The translations under genes were made by a program, and so were the position numbers. 64,000 nt of DNA from Antedon mediterranea (lineage: Eukaryota > Animalia > Echinodermata), in contig NW_027306095.1 of the NCBI RefSeq assembly GCF_964355755.1, positions 248,001 to 312,000 on the forward strand. The letters are read 5' to 3'. Below, one piece after another: positions 52,300 through 64,000 of this stretch. The notes beneath the pieces were generated by a model. It was not told the origin of the DNA. It ran no database searches and saw only the letters and a program-made list of their open reading frames with translations. The first letter of the stretch is position 1. Every line of letters begins with the position of its first letter.

Positions 52300-55200
52300 T
52301 AACTTGATTACACAAAAATATCAAAGTGCTTAAAATCACATTTGAAACCGTTTTAGACCATTTTGAGCATTTCGATAAAACTTTTCACACAAAACATCAA
52401 AGTGCACAAAATAACTTCAAATCGCAATTGGAGACGTTTTAGACCATTTTGTGCATTTCGATGAAACTTTTCACACAAAAACGACAAAGTGCACAAAATA
52501 GCTTCAAATCGCATTTAGAGACGTTTTAGACAATTTTGTACATTTCGATGAAACTGGATTACACAAAACATCAAAGTGCACAAAATTGCTTCAAATCGCA
52601 TTTGGAGACGTTTTAGACCATTTTGTGCATTTCGAAAAAACTTTTCACACAAAAACGACAAAGTGCACAAAATAGCTTCAAATCGCATTTGCAGACGTTT
52701 TAGAACATTTTGTGCATTTCGATGAAACTTTTCACACAAAAACATCAAAGTGCACAAAATTGCTTCAAATCGCATTTGGAGACGTTTTAGACCATTTTGA
52801 GCAATTCGATGAAACTTTTCACACAAAAACGACAAAGTGCACAAAATAGCTTCAAATCGCATTTAGAGACGTTTTAGACAATTTTGTGCCTTTCGATGAA
52901 ACTTTTCACAAAAAAACATCAAAGTGCACAAAATAGCTTCAAATCGCATTTGCAGACGTTTTAGACCATTTTGTGCATTTCGATGAAACTTTTCACACAA
53001 AAACATCAAAGTGCACAAAATTGCTTCAAATCGCATTTAGAGACGTTTTAGACCATTTTGTGCATTTCGATGAAACTTTTCACACAAAAACATCAAAGTG
53101 CACAAAATAGCTTCAAATCGCATTTGCAGACGTTTTAGACCATTTTGTGCATTTCGATGAAACTTTTCACACAAAAACGACAAAGTGCACAAAATATCTT
53201 CAAATCGCATTTGGAGACGTTTTAGACCATTTTGAGCATTTCGATGAAACTTTTCACACAAAAACGACAAAGTGCACAAAATAGCTTCAAATCGCATTTA
53301 GAGACGTTTTAGACCATTTTGTGCATTTCGATGAAACTTTTCACAAAAAAACATCAAAGTGCACTAAATAGCTTCAAATCGCATTTAGAGACGTTTTAGA
53401 CCATTTTGTGCATTTCGATGAAACTTTTCAGAAAAAAACATCAAAGTGCACAAAATAGCTTCAAATCGCATTTGGAGACGTTTTAGACCATTTTGAGCAT
53501 TTCGATGAAACTTTTCACACAAAAACGACAAAGTGCACAAAATAGCTTCAAATCGCATTTAGAGACGTTTTAGACCATTTTGTGCATTTCGATGAAACTT
53601 TTCACACAAAAACATCAAAGTGCACAAAATAGCTTCAAATCGCATTTAGAGACGTTTTAGACCATTTTGTGTATTTCGATGAAACTTTTCACACAAAAAC
53701 ATCAAAGTGCACAAAATAGCTTCAAATCGCATTTGGAGACGTTTTAGACCATGTTGTGCATTTTGAAAAAACTTGATTACACAAAAATATCAAAGTGCTT
53801 AAAATCACATTTGAAACCGTTTTAGACAATTTTGAGCATTTCGATAAAACTTTTCACACAAAACATTAAAGTGCACAAAATAGCAAACTTTTTACACAAA
53901 ACATCAAAGTGCACAAAAGAGCTCCAAATCGCATTGGGAGACGTTTTAGACCATTTTGTGCATTTCGAAAAAACTTTTCACTCAAAAACATCAAAGTGCA
54001 TACAATAGCTTAATATCGTATTTGGAGACGTTTTAGACAATTTTGTGCATTTCGATGAAACTTTTCACACAAAAACATCAAAGTGCACAAAATAGCTTCA
54101 AATCGCATTTGCAGACGTTTTAAACCATTTTGTGCATTTCGATGAAACTTGATTACACAAAACATCAAAGTGCTTAAAATCACATTTGAAACCGTTTTAG
54201 ACCATTTTGAGAATTTCGATAAAACTTTACACACAAAAACATCAAAGTGCACAAAATAGCTTCAAATCGCATTTAGAGACGTTTTAGACCATTTTGTGTA
54301 TTTCGATGAAACTTTTCACACAAAAACATCAAAGTGCACAAAATAGCTTCAAATCGCATTTGGAGACGTTTTAGACCATGTTGTGCATTTCGAAAAAACT
54401 TGATTACACAAAAATATCAAAGTGCTTAAAATCACATTTGAAACCGTTTTAGACAATTTTGAGCATTTCGATAAAACTTTTCACACAAAACATTAAAGTG
54501 CACAAAATAGCAAACTTTTTACACAAAACATCAAAGTGCACAAAAGAGCTCCAAATCGCATTGCGAGACGTTTTAGACCATTTTGTGCATTTCGAAAAAA
54601 CTTTTCACTCAAAAACATCAAAGTGCATACAAGAGCTTAATATCGTATTTGGAGACGTTTTAGACAATTTTGTGCATTTCGATGAAACTTTTCACACAAA
54701 AACATCAAAGTGCACAAAATAGCTTCAAATCGCATTTGCAGACGTTTTAAACCATTTTGTGCATTTCGATGAAACTTGATTACACAAAAACATCAAAGTG
54801 CTTAAAATCTCATTTGAAACCGTTTTAGACCATTTTGAGAATTTCGATAAAACTTTTCACACAAAACATTAAAGTGCACAAAATAGCTTTAAATCGCATT
54901 TGCAGACGTTTTAGACCATTTTGTGCATTTCGATGAAACTTGATTACACAAAAATATCAAAGTGCTTAAAATCACATTTGAAACCGTTTTAGACCATTTT
55001 GAGCATTTCGATAAAACTTTTCACACAAAACATCAAAGTGCACAAAATAACTTCAAATCGCAATTGGAGACGTTTTAGACCATTTTGTGCATTTCGAAAA
55101 AACTTTTCACACAAAAACGACAAAGTGCACAAAATAGCTTCAAATCGCATTTGCAGACGTTTTAGACCATTTTGTGCATTTCGATGAAACTTTTCACACA

Positions 55201-58200
55201 AAAACATCAAAGTGCACAAAATTGCTTCAAATCGCATTTGGAGACGTTTTAGACCATTTTGAGCATTTCGATGAAACTTTTCACACAAAAACGACAAAGT
55301 GCACAAAATAGCTTCAAATCGCATTTAGAGACGTTTTAGACAATTTTGTGCATTTCGATGAAACTTTTCACAAAAAAACATCAAAGTGCACAAAATAGCT
55401 TCAAATCGCATTTAGAGACGTTTTAGACCATTTTGTGCATTTCGATGAAACTTTTCACAAAAAAACATCAAAGTGCACAAAATAGCTTCAAATCGCATTT
55501 AGAGACGTTTTAGACCATTTTGTGCATTTCGATGAAACTTTTCACACAAAAACATCAAAGTGCACAAAATAGCTTCAAATCGCATTTAGAGAAGTTTTAG
55601 ACCATTTTGTGCATTTCGATGAAACTTTTCACAAAAAAACATCAAAGTGCACAAAATAGCTTCAAATCGCATTTGGAGACGTTTTAGACCATTTTGAGCA
55701 TTTCGATGAAACTTGATTACACAAAAATATCAAAGTGCTTAAAATCACATTTGAAACCGTTTTAGACCATTTTGAGCATTTCGATAAAACTTTTCACACA
55801 AAACATCAAAGTGCACAAAATAGCTTCAAATCGCATTTGGAGACGTTTTAGACCATGTTGTGCATTTCGAAAAAACTTGATTACACAAAAATATCAAAGT
55901 GCTTAAAATCACATTTGAAACCGTTTTAGACAATTTTGAGCATTTCGAAAAAACTTTTCACACAAAACATTAAAGTGCACAAAATAGCAAACTTTTTACA
56001 CAAAACATCAAAGTGCACAAAAGAGCTCCAAATCGCATTGGGAGACGTTTTAGAACATTTTGTGCATTTCGATGAAACTTTTCACACAAAAACATCAAAG
56101 TGCACAAAATTGCTTCAAATCGCATTTGGAGACGTTTTAGACCATTTTGAGCAATTCGATGAAACTTTTCACACAAAAACGACAAAGTGCACAAAATAGC
56201 TTCAAATCGCATTTAGAGACGTTTTAGACAATTTTGTGCCTTTCGATGAAACTTTTCACAAAAAAACATCAAAGTGCACAAAATAGCTTCAAATCGCATT
56301 TGCAGACGTTTTAAACCATTTTGTGCATTTCGATGAAACTTGATTACACAAAAACATCAAAGTGCTTAAAATCACATTTGAAACCGTTTTAGACCATTTT
56401 GAGAATTTCGATAAAACTTTTCACACAAAACATTAAAGTGCACAAAATAGCTTTAAATCGCATTTGCAGACGTTTTAGACCATTTTGTGCATTTCGATGA
56501 AACTTGATTACACAAAAATATCAAAGTGCTTAAAATCACATTTGAAACCGTTTTAGACCATTTTGAGCATTTCGATAAAACTTTTCACACAAAACATCAA
56601 AGTGCACAAAATAACTTCAAATCGCAATTGGAGACGTTTTAGACCATTTTGTGCATTTCGAAAAAACTTTTCACACAAAAACGACAAAGTGCACAAAATA
56701 GCTTCAAATCGCATTTGCAGACGTTTTAGACCATTTTGTGCATTTCGATGAAACTTTTCACACAAAAACATCAAAGTGCACAAAATTGCTTCAAATCGCA
56801 TTTGGAGACGTTTTAGACCATTTTGAGCATTTCGATGAAACTTTTCACACAAAAACGACAAAGTGCACAAAATAGCTTCAAATCGCATTTAGAGACGTTT
56901 TAGACAATTTTGTGCATTTCGATGAAACTTTTCACAAAAAAACATCAAAGTGCACAAAATAGCTTCAAATCGCATTTAGAGACGTTTTAGACCATTTTGT
57001 GCATTTCGATGAAACTTTTCACAAAAAAACATCAAAGTGCACAAAATAGCTTCAAATCGCATTTAGAGACGTTTTAGACCATTTTGTGCATTTCGATGAA
57101 ACTTTTCACACAAAAACATCAAAGTGCACAAAATAGCTTCAAATCGCATTTAGAGACGTTTTAGACCATTTTGTGCATTTCGATGAAACTTTTCACAAAA
57201 AAACATCAAAGTGCACAAAATAGCTTCAAATCGCATTTGGAGACGTTTTAGACCATTTTGAGCATTTCGATGAAACTTGATTACACAAAAATATCAAAGT
57301 GCTTAAAATCACATTTGAAACCGTTTTAGACCATTTTGAGCATTTCGATAAAACTTTTCACACAAAACATCAAAGTGCACAAAATAGCTTCAAATCGCAT
57401 TTGGAGACGTTTTAGACCATTTTGTGCATTTCGAAAAAACTTGATTACACAAAAATATCAAAGTGCTTAAAATCACATTTGAAACCGTTTTAGACAATTT
57501 TGAGCATTTCGAAAAAACTTTTCACACAAAACATTAAAGTGCACAAAATAGCAAACTTTTTACACAAAACATCAAAGTGCACAAAAGAGCTCCAAATCGC
57601 ATTGGGAGACGTTTTAGAACATTTTGTGCATTTCGATGAAACTTTTCACACAAAAACATCAAAGTGCACAAAATTGCTTCAAATCGCATTTGGAGACGTT
57701 TTAGACCATTTTGAGCAATTCGATGAAACTTTTCACACAAAAACGACAAAGTGCACAAAATAGCTTCAAATCGCATTTAGAGACGTTTTAGACAATTTTG
57801 TGCCTTTCGATGAAACTTTTCAAAAAAAAACATCAAAGTGCACAAAATAGGTTCAAATCGCATTTGCAGACGTTTTAGACCATTTTGTGCATTTCGATGA
57901 AACTTTTCACACAAAAACATCAAAGTGCACAAAATTGCTTCAAATCGCATTTAGAGACGTTTTAGACCATTTTGTGCATTTCGATGAAACTTTTCACACA
58001 AAAACATCAAAGTGCACAAAATAGCTTCAAATCGCATTTGCAGACGTTTTAGACCATTTTGTGCATTTCGATGAAACTTTTCACACAAAAACGACAAAGT
58101 GCACAAAATATCTTCAAATCGCATTTGGAGACGTTTTAGACCATTTTGAGCATTTCGATGAAACTTTTCACACAAAAACGACAAAGTGCACAAAATAGCT

Positions 58201-61200
58201 TCAAATCGCATTTAGAGACGTTTTAGACCATTTTGTGCATTTCGATGAAACTTTTCACAAAAAAACATCAAAGTGCACTAAATAGCTTCAAATCGCATTT
58301 AGAGACGTTTTAGACCATTTTGTGCATTTCGATGAAACTTTTCAGAAAAAAACATCAAAGTGCACAAAATAGCTTCAAATCGCATTTGGAGACGTTTTAG
58401 ACCATTTTGAGCATTTCGATGAAACTTTTCACACAAAAACGACAAAGTGCACAAAATAGCTTCAAATCGCATTTAGAGACGTTTTAGACCATTTTGTGCA
58501 TTTCGATGAAACTTTTCACACAAAAACATCAAAGTGCACAAAATAGCTTCAAATCGCATTTAGAGACGTTTTAGACCATTTTGTGTATTTCGATGAAACT
58601 TTTCACACAAAAACATCAAAGTGCACAAAATAGCTTCAAATCGCATTTGGAGACGTTTTAGACCATGTTGTGCATTTCGAAAAAACTTGATTACACAAAA
58701 ATATCAAAGTGCTTAAAATCACATTTGAAACCGTTTTAGACAATTTTGAGCATTTCGATAAAACTTTTCACACAAAACATTAAAGTGCACAAAATAGCAA
58801 ACTTTTTACACAAAACATCAAAGTGCACAAAAGAGCTCCAAATCGCATTGGGAGACGTTTTAGACCATTTTGTGCATTTCGAAAAAACTTTTCACTCAAA
58901 AACATCAAAGTGCATACAATAGCTTAATATCGTATTTGGAGACGTTTTAGACAATTTTGTGCATTTCGATGAAACTTTTCACACAAAAACATCAAAGTGC
59001 ACAAAATAGCTTCAAATCGCATTTGCAGACGTTTTAAACCATTTTGTGCATTTCGATGAAACTTGATTACACAAAACATCAAAGTGCTTAAAATCACATT
59101 TGAAACCGTTTTAGACCATTTTGAGAATTTCGATAAAACTTTACACACAAAAACATCAAAGTGCACAAAATAACTTCAAATCGCATTTAGAGACGTTTTA
59201 GACCATTTTGTGTATTTCGATGAAACTTTTCACACAAAAACATCAAAGTGCACAAAATAGCTTCAAATCGCATTTGGAGACGTTTTAGACCATGTTGTGC
59301 ATTTCGAAAAAACTTGATTACACAAAAATATCAAAGTGCTTAAAATCACATTTGAAACCGTTTTAGACAATTTTGAGCATTTCGATAAAACTTTTCACAC
59401 AAAACATTAAAGTGCACAAAATAGCAAACTTTTTACACAAAACATCAAAGTGCACAAAAGAGCTCCAAATCGCATTGGGAGACGTTTTAGACCATTTTGT
59501 GCATTTCGAAAAAACTTTTCACTCAAAAACATCAAAGTGCATACAAGAGCTTAATATCGTATTTGGAGACGTTTTAGACAATTTTGTGCATTTCGATGAA
59601 ACTTTTCACACAAAAACATCAAAGTGCACAAAATAGCTTCAAATCGCATTTGCAGACGTTTTAAACCATTTTGTGCATTTCGATGAAACTTGATTACACA
59701 AAAACATCAAAGTGCTTAAAATCTCATTTGAAACCGTTTTAGACCATTTTGAGAATTTCGATAAAAATTTTCACACAAAACATTAAAGTGCACAAAATAG
59801 CTTTAAATCGCATTTGCAGACGTTTTAGACCATTTTGTGCATTTTGATGAAACTTGATTACACAAAAATATCAAAGTGCTTAAAATCACATTTGAAACCG
59901 TTTTAGACCATTTTGAGCATTTCGATAAAACTTTTCACACAAAACATCAAAGTGCACAAAATAACTTCAAATCGCAATTGGAGACGTTTTAGACCATTTT
60001 GTGCATTTCGAAAAAACTTTTCACACAAAAACGACAAAGTGCACAAAATAGCTTCAAATCGCATTTTCAGACGTTTTAGACCATTTTGTTTTGTGCATTT
60101 CGATGAAACTTTTCACACAAAAACATCAAAGTGCACAAAATTGCTTCAAATCGCATTTGGAGACGTTTTAGACCATTTTGAGCATTTCGATGAAACTTTT
60201 CACACAAAAACGACAAAGTGCACAAAATAGCTTCAAATCGCATTTAGAGACGTTTTAGACAATTTTGTGCATTTCGATGAAACTTTTCACAAAAAAACAT
60301 CAAAGTGCACAAAATAGCTTCAAATCGCATTTAGAGACGTTTTAGACCATTTTGTGCATTTCGATGAAACTTTTCACAAAAAAACATCAAAGTGCACAAA
60401 ATAGCTTCAAATCGCATTTAGAGACGTTTTAGACCATTTTGTGCATTTCGATGAAACTTTTCACACAAAAACATCAAAGTGCACAAAATAGCTTCAAATC
60501 GCATTTAGAGACGTTTTAGACCATTTTGTGCATTTCGATGAAACTTTTCACAAAAAAACATCAAAGTGCACAAAATAGCTTCAAATCGCATTTGGAGACG
60601 TTTTAGACCATTTTGAGCATTTCGATGAAACTTGATTACACAAAAATATCAAAGTGCTTAAAATCACATTTGAAACCGTTTTAGACCATTTTGAGCATTT
60701 CGATAAAACTTTTCACACAAAACATCAAAGTGCACAAAATAACTTCAAATCGCATTTGGAGACGTTTTAGACCATTTTGTGCATTTCGAATAAACTTTTC
60801 ACACAAAAACATCAAAGTGCACAAAATAGCTTCAAATCGCATTTGGAGACGTTTTAGACCATGTTGTGCATTTCGAAAAAACTTGATTACACAAAAATAT
60901 CAAAGTGCTTAAAATCACATTTGAAACCGTTTTAGACAATTTTGAGCATTTCGATAAAACTTTTCACACAAAACATTAAAGTGCACAAAATAGCAAACTT
61001 TTTACACAAAACATCAAAGTGCACAAAAGAGCTCCAAATCGCATTTGGAGACGTTTTAGACCATTTTGTTCATTTCGAAAAAACTTTTCACTCAAAAACA
61101 TCAAAGTGCATACAATAGCTTAATATCGTATTTGGAGACGTTTTAGACAATTTTGTGCATTTCGATGAAACTTTTCACACAAAAACATCAAAGTGCACAA

Positions 61201-64000
61201 AATAGCTTCAAATCGCATTTGCAGACGTTTTAAACCATTTAGTGCATTTCGATGAAACTTGATTACACAAAAACATCAAAGTGCTTAAAATCACATTTGA
61301 AACCGTTTTAGACCATTTTGAGAATTTCGATAAAACTTTTCACACAAAACATTAAAGTGCACAAAATAGCTTTAAATCGCATTTGCAGACGTTTTAGACC
61401 ATTTTGTGCATTTCGATGAAACTTGATTACACAAAAATATCAAAGTGCTTAAAATCACATTTGAAACCGTTTTAGACCATTTTGAGCATTTCGATAAAAC
61501 TTTTCACACAAAACATCAAAGTGCACAAAATAACTTCAAATCGCAATTGGAGACGTTTTAGACCATTTTGTGCATTTCGATGAAACTTTTCACACAAAAA
61601 CGACAAAGTGCACAAAATAGCTTCAAATCGCATTTAGAGACGTTTTAGACAATTTTATACATTTCGATTAAACTGGATTACACAAAACATCAAAGTGCAC
61701 AAAATTGCTTCAAATCGCATTTGGAGACGTTTTAGACCATTTTGTGCATTTCGAAAAAACTTTTCACACAAAAACGACAAAGTGCACAAAATAGCTTCAA
61801 ATTGCATTTGCAGACGTTTTAGACCATTTTGTGCATTTCGATGAAACTTTTCACACAAAAACATCAAAGTGCACAAAATTGCTTCAAATCGCATTTGGAG
61901 ACGTTTTAGACCATTTTGAGCATTTCGATGAAACTTTTAACACAAAAACGACAAAGTTCACAAAATAGCTTCAAATCGCATTTAGAGACGTTTTAGACAA
62001 TTTTGTGCCTTTCGATGAAACTTTTCACAAAAAAACATCAAAGTGCACAAAATAGCTTCAAATCGCATTTGCAGACGTTTTAGACCATTTTGTGCATTTC
62101 GATGAAACTTTTCACACAAAAACATCAAAGTGCACAAAATTGCTTCAAATCGCATTTGGAGACGTTTTAGACCATTTTGAGCATTTCGATGAAACTTTTC
62201 ACACAAAAACGACAAAGTGCACAAAATAGCTTCAAATCGCATTTAGAGACGTTTTAGACCATTTTGTGCATTTCGATGAAACTTTTCACAAAAAAACATC
62301 AAAGTGCACAAAATAGCTTCAAATCGCATTTAGAGACGTTTTAGACCATTTTGTGCATTTCGATGAAACTTTTCACACAAAAACATCAAAGTGCACAAAA
62401 TAGCTTCAAATCGCATTTAGAGACGTTTTAGACCATTTTGTGCATTTCGATGAAACTTTTCACACAAAAACATCAAAGTGCACAAAATAGCTTCAAATCG
62501 CATTTGGAGACGTTTTAGACCATGTTGTGCATTTCGAAAAAACTTGATTACACAAAAACATCAAAGTGCTTAAAATCACATTTGAAACCGTTTTAGACCA
62601 TTTTGAGAATTTCGATAAAACTTTTACACAAAACATTAAAGTGCACAAAATAGCTTTAAATCGCATTTGCAGACGTTTTAGACCATTTTGTGCATTTCGA
62701 TGAAACTGGATTACACAAAACATCAAAGTGCACAAAATTGCTTCAAATCGCATTTGGAGACGTTTTAGACCATTTTGTGCATTTCGAAAAAACTTTTCAC
62801 ACAAAAACGACAAAGTGCACAAAATAGCTTCAAATCACATTTGAAACCGTTTTAGACCATTTTGAGAATTTCGATAAAACTTTTACACAAAACATTAAAG
62901 TGCACAAAATAGCTTTAAATCGCATTTGCAGACGTTTTAGACCATTTTGTGCATTTCGATGAAACTTGATTACACAAAAATATCAAAGTGCTTAAAATCA
63001 CATTTGAAACCGTTTTAGACCATTTTGAGCATTTCGATAAAACTTTTCACACAAAACATCAAAGTGCACAAAATAACTTCAAATCGCAATTGGAGACGTT
63101 TTAGACCATTTTGTGCATTTCGATGAAACTTTTCACACAAAAACGACAAAGTGCACAAAATAGCTTCAAATCGCATTTAGAGACGTTTTAGACAATTTTG
63201 TACATTTCGATGAAACTGGATTACACAAAACATCAAAGTGCACAAAATTGCTTCAAATCGCATTTGGAGACGTTTTAGACCATTTTGTGCATTTCGAAAA
63301 AACTTTTCACACAAAAACGACAAAGTGCACAAAATAGCTTCAAATCGCATTTGAAGACGTTTTAGACCATTTTGTGCATTTCGATGAAACTTTTCACACA
63401 AAAACATCAAAGTGCACAAAATTGCTTCAAATCGCATTTGGAGACGTTTTAGACAATTTTGTGCCTTTCGATGAAACTTTTCACACAAAAACGACAAAGT
63501 GCACAAAATAGCTTCAAATCGCATTTGCAGACGTTTTAGACCATTTTGTGCATTTCGATGAAACTTTTCACACAAAAACATCAAAGTGCACAAAATTGCT
63601 TCAAATCGCATTTGGAGACGTTTTAGACCATTTTTAGCATTTCGATGAAACTTTTCACACAAAAACGACAAAGTCCACAAAATAGCTTCAAATCGCATTT
63701 AGAGACGTTTTAGACCATTTTGTGCATTTCGATGAAACTTTTCACAAAAAAACATCAAAGTGCACAAAATAGCTTCAAATCGCATTTAGAGACGTTTTAG
63801 ACCAATTTGTGCATTTCGATGAAACTTTTCACACAAAAACATCAAAGTGCACAAAATAGCTTCAAATCGCATTTAGAGACGTTTTAGACCATTTTGTGCA
63901 TTTCGATGAAACTTTTCAGAAAAAAACATCAAAGTGCACAAAATAGCTTCAAATCGCATTTGGAGACGTTTTAGACCATTTTGAGCATTTCGATGAACCT
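52290..64000 (+). repeat. Satellite block 5, A-rich orientation
   Basis: Begins catttcgatgtaacttgattac at 52290 and continues to the window end. Confidence 0.97.
54700..57870 (+). repeat. Tandem duplication, 1,564-bp unit x2
   Basis: ORF pairs 54989/56553, 55936/57500 and 55970/57534. Confidence 0.9.

Larger units (their letters stand above)
44170..55830. repeat. Large higher-order duplication, copy B (includes J4)
   Basis: Shares gaaatagaca (~20776/~45384), gtttcttcg (~22500/~47114), the diverged block, tgggattt and aacctctcaa with copy A. It has ~1.3 kb extra around 49.0-50.3 kb. Confidence 0.9.
1..64000. repeat. Satellite DNA array, 87-bp monomer, spanning the whole window and open at both ends
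   Basis: The monomer recurs continuously (e.g. 601-687 is one unit). The ORF track shows a 29-aa period (MRFEAILCTLMFLCEKFHRNAQNGLKRLQ) = 87 nt. No non-satellite sequence was seen. Confidence 0.99.

Noticed and set aside
120-63698. ORFs encoding 29-aa repeats (MRFEAILCTL..., up to 173 aa at 63177-63698), and MSISIK.../MHKIAS... ORFs in other frames
   Set aside because: The 87-bp period keeps frame by arithmetic. A common variant (ctaa) gives stops every 2-6 units, 86- and 38-bp monomers shift the frame, and there is no codon-position bias or recognisable domain. The Cys/His spacing does not match a C2H2 zinc finger.
1-64000. CRISPR array (partly palindromic repeats at a regular period)
   Set aside because: There are no unique spacers because the whole unit repeats, and there are no cas genes or leader.
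1-64000. Tandem tRNA, 5S or snRNA gene array (87-nt unit with stems)
   Set aside because: No T-loop GTTC/B-box or D-loop GG consensus. The unit is very AT-rich, has T-runs on both strands that would terminate Pol III, and tolerates large deletions.
1-64000. Assignment to a named satellite family (alpha satellite, CEN178, CentO, Drosophila 1.688) or a CENP-B box
   Set aside because: I do not recognise the monomer and see no TTCG-N4-A-N2-CGGG motif. A Dfam/Repbase/BLAST search is needed, and centromere function cannot be shown from sequence alone.
1-64000. Synthetic construct (BsmBI GAGACG and ApaLI GTGCAC sites in most monomers)
   Set aside because: Hierarchical variants, diverged relic patches and nested duplications indicate natural evolution. 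The sites are incidental.

Overview
The whole 64-kb window is one non-coding, AT-rich (~34% GC) tandem satellite array. Its consensus monomer is 87 bp: AAAGTGCACAAAATAGCTTCAAATCGCATTTGGAGACGTTTTAGACCATTTTGTGCATTTCGATGAAACTTTTCACACAAAAACATC. There are roughly 750 monomers (estimate), including recurring 86, ~78 and 38 bp length variants. I see no unique sequence, transposon, RNA gene or credible protein gene. All listed ORFs arise because 87 = 29 codons. The interest lies in the architecture. (i) The array switches strand four times (~6500, ~26364, ~29717, ~52290). Two of these junctions are the same 20-bp perfect palindrome and one lies at the monomer's GTGCAC palindrome. (ii) The monomer is built on an 18-bp imperfect inverted repeat plus two small hairpins, with ~10-bp phased A/T tracts. 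(iii) Variant monomers form nested higher-order repeats from 164 bp to ~25 kb and possibly ~56-58 kb. This resembles eukaryotic centromeric/pericentromeric heterochromatin, but neither organism nor function can be established from sequence alone. Duplication boundaries were read by eye and are approximate. Offsets come from the ORF track and from rare variants.
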